From assembly GCA_973895155.1 (NCBI GenBank), contig OZ316894.1:13122828-13186827 (forward strand): a DNA stretch of 64,000 nt, written 5' to 3'. The translations under genes were made by a program, and so were the position numbers. The notes under the pieces are model-generated. The model had not been told where the DNA came from and made no database searches. It saw nothing but the letters and a program-made list of their open reading frames with translations. The stretch is from Marsupella aquatica. Taxonomy: Eukaryota; Plantae; Marchantiophyta. Of this stretch, positions 1-12,406 are shown one piece after another (within the stretch, counting starts at the first letter, position 1; the number at the start of each line of letters is the position of its first letter).

Positions 1-996
1 GAGAATCTAGGTCGAAGCTAACGGGACACCATAGCCAAGGAGCTCCACTCACTACCAAGGCTCTCCCAACGCCAAAGGCTCAACTCAAAGAACTAACCGT
101 CCTTTGAGCCTCTCCACACTATACCCTCCAACCCTGAGGGCGGGTCCTACTAGAGGAGTCACCCTCAATAGGGCACCCCCTCTAACCCTCTACCATGGAA
201 CCAGACTCCTAACTAGGCACTACGGCCCATCTAAGGTATGGACTCCGCTAGCACACTACATAGTCTAGCACGCTATGTATGGTCATGACAGCTGTTGTGC
301 GCTTCCACATCGTCATACAACATACATCACTGGTCATGCCATACTCACATACATGCATAACATGGACAAGAGCATACACAAATACAAGACAATGTACCGC
401 AACTCGCCCCCCTAACTAGCGGTTAGGTCCCTCTAACTCCCAGGTAGCCCTATCCATCTACTACATGTTATACACCTTTGTGGGTGCACGGATCAGAAGG
501 CCGGGTGCTATGTTGCCCCATCGTTAATCGCCCATCTGCAATCCATACCATGTGAAGATCAAGTCATCCACCTCCTAAGTACACCGAGGACAAACCCACC
601 GTTGTCGTGCCAAAAGATTTTGGCTCAGGAATGGCTTTTATAGGGGATGATGGGCAAGGCCTTCCGGTTGGGTTGCGTGCATGCTGACTCGGAGGGGCTG
701 CTTGGTTGGATGGATTGAGGTTTGGTGATTGGGTGACTCGTCATCACCAGGTTTGGTGTTTGGGTGAGTCACTAGGCTTGGAGTTTGGATGAGCCTCGCT
801 GATGGCAGCTGGCTCAGGCTGGATGGTTGGGTTTTCGATACTACTTAAGACTTGAGCCTCGGCTCATTGAGGTTGGCGGTTGTCTATTGCAATCTGTTGA
901 GTTTTGTTCTGTGAGTTCCACTCCATTTTGCAGAACTCGACTATTGTGCGGCGGTTTTGGAGTTCTGGGCGAGTGTTGGATCCAGGTGTGGAGTTT

Positions 997-1118
997 TCGA
1001 TCCAGGCGGGGATTTCTCAAGTTTGGAGCCTCGTCGATCCACGTGGGGATTTCTCAAGTTTGGAGCCTCATCGATCCAGGCAGGGATTTCTCGAGTTTGG
1101 AGCCTCGTTGGTCCAGGC
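997..1118. repeat. Tandem repeat, 37-bp unit, about 3.3 copies
   Basis: Unit TCGATCCAGGCGGGGATTTCTCAAGTTTGGAGCCTCG starts at 997, 1034, 1071 and (partial) 1108, with no spacers. Confidence 0.85.
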
Positions 1119-1794
1119 CCGAGTTTCGTGAGAGCTGTTTTAGACTAGTGGAGAAGCTAGTCAAGTTTTGGTTTTGTGAGCTAAGGAGGAGAGTTTTTCC
1201 GTCAAATTTTGAGTAGATAGTCACTCGAGGAGTTCAGCTCGACAAGTTAGAGGTAGCGGCCCACCGTAGGGCCAGCTACCAGACTCTTGCGGGCAAGCTT
1301 ACTCAAGGGCACCCATTGTAACCTTTATGAGAAAAGTAAAAAAATTAAAGGAGTGAGAGTTCGCTCTGAAAAGTGCTTGTCACCTGTCCCAATCGCAGCC
1401 AGAAACGCACAGTTTGCCCAAGGAGCCCCTAACTCGAGAAGCTGAGTGCTAGGATTCTCAAGAGGTTTGATGCTCTCTACTCGAACAGATGGTTTACAGT
1501 GAGAAAGAAAAATGGAAGCTTGAGGTTCATTCCAGAGCAACCTCCAAACAAGGTGACCATCAGGAATGTGGGAGTTGGGCCACTCGTGGATGAGTTTCCT
1601 TGGAAAAATTTTCTTTTATAATAAAATTGCGAAAACCCACGTAAGGGGGGAAGCACACAGCACCAGAAAAATGCAAAGCAACACCACCCCGAAGAGGACA
1701 ACAGGGAGGCCCCTAAATGGGGCCAACAGAAAAACTAACAGCCGCCAAACCAGAACACTACTGCCAGTAAATACAGTCCACCCTGTCAGAAGTA

Positions 1795-3955
1795 TTCTCG
1801 TGGATGAGTTTGTGGAGGAGTTTGCTGGGAAGGCGATCTACTCCATGGGTGATTTGTTTTTGGGTTACGACCAGTTCCAGTTGGTGCAAGAGAGCCGAGA
1901 CATTACGACTATGAGGACCCCGCTGGGCCTCTTGAGGATGTGCACTCTTCCTCAAGGGGCAACAAACTCAGTAGCGCACATGCAAAATGCGATGAGTAAA
2001 ATCTTGGAGCCGTTCATTCCGGAAAAAGCGAGACCGTTCATTGATGATATCCCAATAAAGGGGTGCTTGGCTAAAGGGAAGGATGAGACCTTGAGGAGTG
2101 ATGGGATCTGGCAGTTTGTGTGGGATCACATTGCTGATGTTAAGGCGGTTCTTGAGAAGCTGATTGATGTGGGAGTCACTCTTTCGGGGGAGAAGTCTGA
2201 ATTCGGGATGAAATAGGTGAAAGTCGTTGGGCAAATGTGCGGATCTTATGGAAGGAAGCCGAACATGGATAAGGTGAGAGCTATTAGCGAGATGAAGGAT
2301 TGCAAATTGGTGCCAGAAGTTTGGAGGTTTCTGGGTGCTTGTGTCTTTTACAAGATCTGGATCCCTCACTTCTCGCACCTGGCGGACCCGCTCTATGAGC
2401 TGTTGAGGAAAAAGGTTAAGTGGAGATGGCTACCCGAGCATAGTGAAGCAATGGCTAAGCTTAAGAGCGCTCTCATGAGCCCGCCAGTTCTCCGAGCTGC
2501 GGACTATGAGAGCGGGTGACCACTAATCATGACTGTTGATGCGAGTCCGTTCGCAGCCGGGTGGGCTGTTGGGCAAGATGACGAGAATGGGGAAAGGTAT
2601 GCGATTAGATTTGGGGCTTAAAAAATTACGAAAAGGCAAAGGAGATATGCCCAAGTTAAGAGGGAGCTTTGGGGTGCCAAAGTGGCACTCCATCAGGAGA
2701 GGAACTACTTGATTGGGGCGCCGGTGGTGGTTGAGACTGATTGCCAATTGCTGTTGGGGATGATTGCAAATTGTGACACGCCTGACATAGCAATGCTCAG
2801 GTGGATCGCTTTCATTCTGATGTTCAACCCTGAGCTAAGTCACATTGCAGGAAAGGATAATCCGGTTGCCGACATGCTGTCAAGGGCGAGATTCGGAAAT
2901 GAGGTTGCAACGAGAGTTGGCGAGGTGACCGGAACCAAAAGTGTTGGAAGTCTAGAGTTCAAGGAAGAACTCTACTCGGGAGAGTGGCTGGATATCGGGC
3001 GTTACATTAGCACTTTGGAGAAGCAACCAGAGTGGAGTTACGAGGAGTTCGTCAAGATCTGGAAGAGATCTTACAAGTTCCTATTGAGGGAGGGCTACTT
3101 GTGGCAAAGGCATAAGGACCAAGTCAATTGTTGTAGAGGGTTGTGGATACTAAGGATGAGATAGACCAAATTCTCAAAGAGTGCCATGATGCTGACATGG
3201 CTGGGCACAAAGGGGTGCATTCGACTTACGAAAGGGTTCAGAAGCTATACTGGTGGCCAGGTTTATACTTGGCCGTTCGAGACTATGTCAAGACTTGCGA
3301 GATTTGCTAGTTTTACTTGAGGATCCGACATAGGGATGGATTGGTTCCAACTTACCCCGTGGCTCTACACTTTCAATGGGCTGTTGATGTGGTGTACATG
3401 CCGAGAGAGAGCAATGGGGCAAGATACTTGGTTTTGGTGAGAGAAGACTTGTCTTCTTATGTGGAAGGGAGAGCGTTGGTTTCGAACACTACTGCTGCCG
3501 TTTGCCAGTTCATACTTGAGGATATCATTGCAAGGCATGGATGCTTTACAAGGATCAGAGCTGATAGGGGGGAGCTAAGCTCCAAGGAAGTGCAAGAGTT
3601 TTTTGACCAATACCGCATCAAACTGAAGCTGACTTCGAGTTACAATCCGGAAGGCAATGGGAAATCTGAAAGGGGGCACATCCAGATTGTGAGCGCTTTG
3701 GCTAAGGCTTGTGATGGGGACTTGGGCAGGTAGTCGAATCTCCTTCCACTTGCTCTGTTAGCGGATCGGATGACTTGTAGCTCAGTGACCGGATATGTTC
3801 CAGCTGAGCTACTTACTGGGCACTTGCCGATGATGCCGCTCGAGGAAGATGTTTGCAGCTGGCGACTGATTGGTTGGAAAGATGAAGTTTCAAGAGAGGA
3901 GTTGCTGGCTCGAAGGATCGAACACTTCAACTTGTTACCCGCAAAGATTGAGGTG
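1795..3955 (+). pseudogene. Degenerate Ty3/gypsy pol (RT-RNaseH-integrase), truncated at both ends
   Basis: RT motifs YSMGDLFLGYDQF, LPQGATNSVA and PFIDDIPIKG. RNaseH motifs VDASPFAAG, VVETDC and HIAGKDNPVADMLSR. Integrase motifs WAVDVVYM, RADRGEL and YNPEGNGKSERGH. Several in-frame stops and frameshifts. Integrase is cut at 3955 by a TGTGAC-starting insertion. Confidence 0.92.
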
Positions 3956-5895
3956 TGTGACACGGGTAACGTATCACTTAACCGAACGCATGTCATAGAT
4001 TAGATCTTATACGGTCATTAGGACCGTAGCCGTAGCGTAGAATAGCACAAATAGCTGTCTTTTGCCATTATGAATAGATTAGGAGTAGGTTAGTTGACCG
4101 AAAGATTACGAATTAAGGAAGAGGATTATTACGCTTGACCGAGGTAGAGTGGTGGTGGCGGAGTAAAAATCCGTTAGAAGAATCACGCTTGGACTGAGAC
4201 GCCGACTTTAGCTCATTATCAACGACCAAAACGGCCTGGCCCTCTCACGCTCGAGCTCACCCTAGCACCTCCATAAGAGAGGAGTTGATGGCGTTGCGGG
4301 CCATTTGCTCATTTCTACCTTTCAGAATTTGCGGACACTGCCATTTTCTCGCCTTCTTGCTCAAATCAAGTTGACCTTTACAAGGAAATCATCGAGGGAT
4401 AAGAGCGGGTTGTGGCAAGATTTAGTCAGGGCGAGGAAGGCCTCCACCAGTAAGTGGACCGAACAGCGGGAACGTGGACTCAACAAACTGGACTACAAAG
4501 GTTAGTATGACCCTTACAGCCTTGGGATTTTGGACCTTGTTTGGTGAGGTAGGTGCTAAGTTCTCCGAGACTTACTGGTACTCTTGTCCCAAGAAAGCCG
4601 CTAATGAACAAAGATACGCGAAGCTGGTGGCCAAGGTAACACAGGTTAATTGCGAGAAGACAACCATCACCAGAGATTCCAGTTACAACGAGCTGCAAGA
4701 CTACATCACCGAGCTATATCTCAGCGAGGAAGGGCTTAGATCGGTAGCAGAGGCAATTCTTGAAGTCCCCGCAAAGTTCTTTAGGCTGAAGGGCAGCCAG
4801 CGGCTTATTCAAGCGGAGTTCGACAAGATCCCGGGGTACCTAGACCAGCAGATTGCAGCCGAAAAGCGCCAAGAGGACATCAGCAGACAACGGGAAGCGG
4901 TGCTTAATCTTATGTTCCTCGGGGAAAGCTCCAACGCCTTCAACTGGGATATGGCTACACCAACACCACCAGCGCCTCAGCCGATGACCACCGGCGTACC
5001 ACCAAACCGGTCCCAAGTCCGTCCCGTGAACAACACCGAGTGTTCTTTGGGTTCCGAGCGAGTTAGTCCACATCTCGAGCAGCGTTCTTGTAAGCGGGCA
5101 AGAATGACGCCGGCCCCCAAATCGACAACACAAACCAACGCCGCTCTTGCACCTGCCCCGACAAACCCCCCGGACAACCAGACCCGACGGCCCCCGGATA
5201 ATCCCAAGTCTAACTTATTATAGGTAATCCGTGTTCCCGAGGTAGTCTGGATCGCAATCAAGAAACTCGACCATGCGGACTATCTCAAGGAGCATCAGTT
5301 GGAGCAGTTCGCTCACTTGCTATGGAGACCGTGCGCGGCCGGGCCAAAGGAGATTTGTGAGTTCATCTCCAATTTCAACACCGACGCATCAACCACTAAG
5401 GTTTCAGGGCAGACCTTATCACTCACAGAGCATCGGTTAGCACAGATCTTTTGCTTGCCAACCGGGCCGATGCCGGTTGAACTCCGAATTCGGGATAAGG
5501 AGTATACACCTCGGCACTTCAAACTCGAAGGTAAGACGGACAACGGATACAAGCAGGGGTCTTGCACCAACTTAATTTGCATGGAGCGGCTTAACTTCAT
5601 ACGGACTACCCTACACATGATTGAGCCACGTTCCGAGATTTCCCTCTGCACGATCGTGCAGATGGAACAGTACAAACGGTGGAACTGAGCCCAATTCTTT
5701 TACCGAAGGTTCTCGGGAGAGCTTAAGCGGGCTCAGGGAGGTATGGCTATCGGGGGGAAGACTTACCTGGGAAGTCATATCACCATCATCCTTGCCTGGT
5801 ACAAGGCACGGCGGGAGGCCAGGGGAAAGAATATGGCCACCTCAGCCCCGACAAATGTCACCCCCGCTACGGAGGAGGCTACCCTGAGCGAACGG
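3956..5895 (+). mobile_element. 5' part of a long LTR (family C) inserted in the old integrase
   Basis: Starts TGTGACACGGGTAACGTATCAC exactly where integrase homology stops, resembling the TGTGACGGGTACCCCGTCAC start of the element A LTR. The other end is not visible, so no TSD can be checked. Confidence 0.6.
4474..5895 (+). pseudogene. LTR-borne accessory ORF (family C), broken by stops
   Basis: ORFs 4474-5223, 5299-5688 and 5743 onward share one frame and are separated by single stops. The segment LEQFAHLLW..EICEFI..TKVSGQTLSLTEHRLAQIFCLPTG..NGYKQGSCTN..PRSEI..LGSH aligns by eye with the family B ORF at 26280-27391. Confidence 0.7.
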
Positions 5896-7924
5896 TGTCG
5901 TCGGAAAAAATGTTTGACAATTGAAGTGGAGTGTGCTGGATCTAGTCGACTTGCTTTTGTCCGGCTCAGAATGTTATAGTTCTCTGTTTGTGAAAGAAAG
6001 AAACAAAGAGTTAACTGAACTTGAGATGAAGGTTAGCTAGTGAGACAAAAGAGGAATAAAAGGGTGAAAGTTGGAGCTTAGGTTAAAGAAAATTGAGACT
6101 TTTATTGTGGAAGTGACATGTGGCGGCCTGGGAGGATTCGAATTCATAAGGGTCATGAGGATGAAACGGTGACGCGCGCGATGAAGGTTCAGGGGAGGAA
6201 AAGGAAAATGGCCGAGTGTCTGCGGGGTGTAGGTTGGTTATTGATGAAAGAGTTGGTCTGTCGAGCAAGTGTAGCGAAGCAGGCAGGATTTGAGATTGGG
6301 GAAGAAAATCTGGAGAGGCATCGTGTATGGTTGGAGTGGAAGAAAGAAGGGTGAAGGTGAGCAGGGATTTCGAGGCGGATGAGATTCAGCCGATTAGGGA
6401 ATGTTGTGTGTAGAGTTTTTTTTTGGATTTTCATGTGAAGGCTGAGGCGAGCGATTGAAATTAGAGTGAAGAGAGTGAAGCTGCGGATGGTGATTGCTGT
6501 GGGATAAGGACTTTTTGGAAAATTGAGGTGAGGGAGAAGTGATGCTGAGGTCCGAGAAAAGGATAACAGGGAGATCATTGTCGATGTGAAGAATTTTTTC
6601 GAGTGAAGGAGGGAAAAGCTAAAAGATTGAAAGAGAATTTCGGATACGACATCTTTAAAGCTGAGTTCAGGGAGCAAAAATTGTAAGAAATAGAAGACTG
6701 AAAGGATCCGATGGAGAGTTGAGCAGAGGCTAAGTTTGGGAGAATCAGTAGAGTAGGAAGAAGAAGCGAAGATGGCGGGCAAGAGGACATTCGATTAGAG
6801 TGAATTGAAGTGCAGTGCAGACCAGTCGGAGGAGCACGGAAAGGGGAAAGCGACTTGGAGAATCAGAATTATAAGTAGAGAGATAGCGGAGCAAGGCGCG
6901 GAGGTTAGAGAGGACTTCAGGGAGGTCAATGAAACGGGCCGGGCGCTAATAGATGGAAAGAGAGGGATCGGCTAAGGGGGGGTGTGGTGTGTTGAGATTT
7001 TGGATCTTCGGGTGAAGGCTGAGAGGCACGATAGTTTTTTTGGGTGAGTTGAGAGTGAAACAGCGGAACGTTGGCAGAGTGTTGTGGTGATTATTGAAGG
7101 ATTTTTGTGAGCAAATGAGAAGGAAGTGTTGCCGAACGTTGAAGGAGTAAGCTTCGCTACAATGAGAAAGGTCTTAGAGGTTGGGATCGGGCGTTGGTGA
7201 CAGGAGCATATAAGCTCATAAAGATCAAAGTACAGACTATGAGAAAAGGCAGATAAAGTGCGCGACGGTAGAATGGACTTGGATTGAGCATCTTGATGAG
7301 ATCAGCCGTGGAATCTAGAGAGCAAAACAATTCAATCTTGAGTAGAAGAAAACGTTTAAAGATGAGATAGATTTGATTACAAGAGATTGAACTATATAGG
7401 AAGTGCTTGAGACTGATTCTGAACGGAGGCAATTAAAGCCTTCTGAGTGAGAATGAACAACACTGAACGAGGAGCTTCCAAGGAATGAAATCGTCAGTAG
7501 CGTTCGAAGGGCGAGAGAAGATAAAAACTTACAGCTGAAATGGTAAAAGGGTGATCGAGGTCATTCTTAACTCGACTGTGTTCAGATAAGCGAAGGGCGG
7601 CGTTGAAGAGAGGATTCTCAGACGAAACAGGAGGTAGTGGAGGCTGAATTCAGGGTGGAGGACAAGCAATCGGAGCTCATGGAGAAGAACAAGAATTGAA
7701 ATTTTGGGTGCTGAGGAAAAGAGGCGATGGCATTATTAGACGTAAAAATAAGTAAGGAAAGAATTGACTGCCGAACGCTATGAGCAATAGAGCGGAAGGA
7801 GGAAATAAGTTGAAGAACTTGGGACTAAGAAAAGAGTTCATTCGTTGCTGCAAAGAATGAAGAACAATGGTGTTAAGAGGGTCTCTGAATTTACCTGAAA
7901 GCTTCCGAAAGAAACAAAGGAAAT
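5896..7924 (+). mobile_element. Probable 5' LTR of gypsy element D, left part
   Basis: Abrupt switch at TGTCGTCGG (5896) from the family C ORF to GA-rich non-coding DNA. The same composition resumes at 27899 after the solo LTR B insertion and leads to ...GGACA followed by a PBS. Confidence 0.5.
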
Positions 7925-8838
7925 TGTGGTGCGTCCCATGGCTCCCTAAACCCAAGAAACCCCCCAGCGCAAGCCGATTCCCGCAGGTTTCGCGCTTGGC
8001 GAGGCCATTTCCGCGGCTTAGCGGCATGGGAGGCTGCTAACCTCTACTATTACTATTAGCCTTTTACACACATATACTGGACAGATCCTTCATCGGGTCA
8101 TGAGATACGTAGCCGGCCTAATCTAGGCCTTCCCTTGTCTTCCTCTCCTTCTGGTTAGGTATGTTTGGATTCCGCCGCCGGAATGATCCCCAATAGGCTT
8201 GGTTAAGCCGCTAAGACCTCTCTCAGCTTGACACATCCAACTCTCACTCCCCTGCTTACTTTCCTTCCTCTGTTGGTTGATGTGGGCACTCTTCACACAA
8301 GTTAATGCGACACACAAATAGCAAAATGACTCCTTCTGACTGAGTCATACCATGCACTTGCCATACAAACAGTACATCTCATACACAAGCTCTGCGAACT
8401 AAGCCGTGAGGCCAACTCTATTCAGCTCTTAGGCATGAGGAAACATGAATATACACAAGGTCACGGTATGACTAACCGAGAGCTTCTCTTACTACTTGAT
8501 CCCAGCCCGGCTGGTGCAAACTAAAAACTTGCTAAAGAAGAGGCCCTGAGCTCCCCGCTGCCCAGGTACTTATCCTGGTAGTGGATCCGCCTAATTCTTT
8601 GCAGCGCAAGCCTAATCTACCTAACAGTAATCTACCTGCCCGGATCTACCTATGTACAGCAAGGCAGGAGCACAAGTGTTGCTCCTACCAGTGGAACCGC
8701 AATCCCACTAAGCTAAGTGTCAGGGCCGCTCCTGGTCCTGATCCTAATCCTAAACTTGGAGATCAGCGCCCGCCCTGCCCACTCGCGCCTCCTACCTCCA
8801 CGTCCGCCCTTCCTAAAAGGAACGGCGCCCTTGCACCG

Positions 8839-10978
8839 TCATGACACCGGTGGTGGATCCTCAATGGACGCCCCCAACGCTTCCTCCTCAGCCACTGCCG
8901 TAGGTTTGTTCTGTGACAGATTACCTGCCCTTGACTGAGTCAACTCTCCATCGGCCTGACTGGGTCCACCATCGGCATTGGCATCGGCTCAGGAATCATT
9001 CTCGGCTACGGCCTCAGCCTCGGCTACGGTCTCCCCGGCCTGCTCAAGAGGCGGATCTGGGATACCGGCCTCATTACTGAGTAGTTTGGCTTGGGCCGCG
9101 CCATCCCCACCTTTGGTGATAGCGGGATCTATTGCCGTGTTCATGCCGGAGGTTGGTGCCGGTTTGAGTACAGCTTGAGGGGTCGAATAACCTCCGGACC
9201 CCGAAGGTTTCCGCTTCTTCTTCTTCACTATCTCCACAGTCGGTTCCTTCCCCTTGCCGCCAACGTCCGGCACCGGGCCGTGTGTCACGGCTGGTCCTTC
9301 GGCAATTACCACCCCTGGTAACTGGTTTGCCCCAACGGGAGATGGACCTGATGCAGCTAAGCATTTAAATACTGCGGCTTGTTTCTTCAGCCGCTCTGTT
9401 TGGTTGTCGGCCCGCAGCTGTAGGTTCTCCATCTTCCTCGTCATTTCCTCCAACTCCTCCTGGGTCTCATCCAGGTCCTTATGTGCCTCCTCCAGCTCGT
9501 TTTTGGCTTCCTCCAATTCCCTGTGGGCTTCCTCCAATTCCTTCTTGGTGGTAGCCCTCTCCTCCTAGGTTGCTCTTAGCTCCTTGTCGAGCTCCGCTAC
9601 GACCTCAGACTCCATGTTATTCATCTTGGCATAAGTCTGGTCGAGCTCGGCGTCCTTCTCCCGCAGGTCGGCCTTGAAGCTGGCCGATAGGGACGCAAGC
9701 TCCTGCTGTAGCGCAATAATCCCTCGATAGGATTTCCCTAACTCGGCCTCCTTCTGCTCAAGGGCTCCGCGGATTTTCTCGAGCTCCCCCTTCAACGCCC
9801 ATTCCTTTCTTTGGGTCTCCGCCATGGCCCGGTTGTTGGCTGTTATGTGGGCCTCCTCTGTATTCCTCAGCTCTCGCTTCCATTTCTCCCTCTCTTTGAT
9901 TGCGTCGGCCAATTCTCCCTGGGTCTAAGTCAGTTTATCCTTGATAATCTGATTATCAGCCTGCGCGGTGTCCAACTGCCCCTGCATGATGTTCAGCTCA
10001 TGCCGCTTAATCCGCAATTCATCTTGGGCTTTGTTGGCCGCCCTTAGATCTTCAATCTCGGCTTCCATCCTCCTAAGCCGCCGGATGACCTCGTCCTTCT
10101 TGCTTCTCTCTAAAGCCACCGCTTCTTCTAATTGGTGCTTCTCCAACTGCTCCCTATGGAAAAAGGGTCCTACCTCCAACTCCTCCCCAAAGATGCCAAG
10201 CGCAAGTTCCCCACATATCTCACCATACTCCATGGCTCTATTCTTAGCGTAGGTGGAGTAAGTAGAAGTGATCGGCATCGTCCATCGCGGCCTCTGCTCC
10301 CAAGCCGTCTTGCGGATCTCTTCAATCGTGGCTAGAGGTTTGCTTCCTTTTTCGGCTAGCCACCTGATGTCCTCCGGCCAATCTCCTCCTGGAAAATCCT
10401 TTTCCCTAGCCAGGGCTGCCTCCTCTTCCTGCTTGATTCGCTCCTGAAATTCCTGCGCCGTCTGTTTTATGCCGTCAAAGCTCGGGGGAGCAACATCTGG
10501 TGGGGGAGACTCAGGGCTACTCTGCTGGTTGGGGTCCCCTCGTACTACCCTTGGAAGTGTGGGGATAAACCGGCCACAGGTCCTTACTCCTGGAATGTGA
10601 TGGTCCGACCCATAGCCGGAGTTATCATGGCTGCAGTCCTCCACTGCCTCCTCTACTTCTTGGACTTCCGGCTTCTCCCTCTCTTCGTCGGTAGGAGCTT
10701 CAGGCAATTCTGCCTCAGATTCAGAGCTTGAGACTCCCACGTACATTCGAACACCCGGCTTGGATTCTGGCCTGATTCTCTCCTTGTTTTTGGTAAAGGA
10801 GTTTTCCCTTCTAAGTCTGCTTAGGTTGACCTCTGGGGCAGTGTCCTGTATTGGTGCCGCTGCCGAAGCTGATGCCGTCTTTTCCTTCTCCAGCATTTTC
10901 AGCAGATTCTGCATGCTTGGTTGCTGCATTGGCAAGTCTTCCTTCCTTGGCCTAAACACCTGCTCAATCGTAGGGCTA
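8839..10978 (-). pseudogene. C-terminal part of the family B LTR-encoded ORF (long coiled coil, low-complexity tail)
   Basis: ORFs 9925-10998, 9565-9912 and 8989-9537 share one frame with single premature stops at 9925, 9565 and 8989. E/K/L-rich heptads. Homologous to 62061-63859. Confidence 0.8.
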
Positions 10979-11339
10979 TGTGACGGGTACCCCGTCACGG
11001 GAAGTCACACATAACTGGTTGCAAAGGCCGATACCTTGTTAATAGTCAATGTAAATAAGCCATTTTTTAATTTTTAGTTAATTCCGTCATTATAGGTTGA
11101 TGATGCCCCAGGTGACTTTATATTCTTTCTCTCATAATAGTTCTAAGATTTGCGGCGACCTAAGTGGGCAAATATTTTGGGACCTTGAAACTAGCCAGGA
11201 CCAGCCCCATAGGACTTACCGTTTTGCTTCAAGAGCTATTGTTGAGACCCCCATTGCAAAGTCAGGAGAGGGGGGGGTTTTTTTAAATAAATCCCTCCTC
11301 AGGAGGGCGAGTCCCATTAGTGGCCGTCCGAGAGAAAGA

Positions 11340-12010
11340 GGGGCTGCCTCGCGAGCCCATAGGGCTGCGTGCCCGGGCGATTAATGGGGCTCCGCGAGCT
11401 GAAGGGGCTGCCTCGCGAGCCCATAGGGCTGCGTGCCCGGGCGATTAATGGGGCTCCGCGAGCTGAAGGGGCTGCCTCGCGAGCCCATAGGGCTGCGTGC
11501 CCGGGCAATTAATGAGGCTCCGCGAGCTGAAGGAGCGCAAGCGAGCGGGGGGGGGGAGTTAAAGGGCCTCCCGCGAGCTGGGAGGATCACGCGAGCGGGG
11601 GGGAGTTAAAGGGCCTCCCGCGAGCTGGGAGGATCACGCGAGCGGGGGGGAGTTAAAGGGCCTCCCGCGAGCTGGGAGGATCACGCGAGCGGGGGGGAGT
11701 TAAAGGGCCTCCCGCGAGCTGGGAGGATCACGCGAGCGGGGGGGAGTTAAAGGGCCTCCCGCGAGCTGGGAGGATCACGCGAGCGGGGGGGAGTTAAAGG
11801 GCCTCCCGCGAGCTGGGAGGATCACGCGAGCGGGGGGGAGTTGAAGGGCCTCCCGCGAGCCGGGAGGAATGGCCGCGCGCCCTGCATAGGGCCGCGAGCG
11901 GGGGGGAGTTAAAGGGCCTCCCGCGAGCTGGGAGGATCACGCGAGCGGGGGGGAGTTGAAGGGCCTCCCGCGAGCCGGGAGGAATGGCCGCGCGCCCTGC
12001 ATAGGGCCGC
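11340..12010. repeat. GC-rich tandem arrays in the 5' LTR: 64-bp unit x3, then 47-bp unit x about 9 including two extended variants
   Basis: The 64-bp unit GGGGCTGCCTCGCGAGCCCATAGGG... starts at 11340, 11404 and 11468. The 47-bp unit GCGAGCGGGGGGGAGTTAAAGGGCCTCCCGCGAGCTGGGAGGATCAC starts at 11591, 11638, 11685 and onward. Confidence 0.95.
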
Positions 12011-12406
12011 GCGCAGGAGGATGCAAGGGTAAGGCCCGAGAAATGGGCCGGGGCGCATGGCGAAGGCGCCAGGAGTTTTTTCGGTTCTATTTTTTTTTCC
12101 TTCCTTTTTCTTTCCCTCTTCCTTTTGCACGACCCTCTCATTGCCGAAAGCAAAAACGGGGTTCTTCTCTCTCTTGCCGGAAGCTCTCTCCAGATTCTAA
12201 TTATTTTTGAAGCTCTCTCTTTCATGGTGGATTAGTGGGGCTTGCTGGCGTCATTCTTCCAGGCATTAGTGGCGGCCGCACGGAGTAGTGACGGGAAATT
12301 GAGAGAATTTAAGTGATCGGGCTACGGGGGCTGTTTCGGGCCAGGGAATTGACATTGCCACGGGTGACGGGATTGGTGATTGAGAAATTGATTTCGGGAT
12401 GCATGG

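Noticed and set aside
6189-6782. 197-aa F/S/L-rich minus-strand ORF
   Set aside because: It is the complement of GA-rich LTR-like DNA and shows no domain motifs.
10975-10978. GCTA precedes both LTRs of element A, suggesting the LTR starts 4 nt earlier
   Set aside because: GGCTA is repeated right after the 3' LTR as the TSD and the termini are canonical TG..CA, so the match next to the PPT is treated as coincidence.
11340-12010. Regular 47-bp and 64-bp repeats (and the 37-bp repeat at 997-1118) as a CRISPR array
   Set aside because: Head-to-tail units with no unique spacers, no cas genes, and a eukaryotic LTR context.
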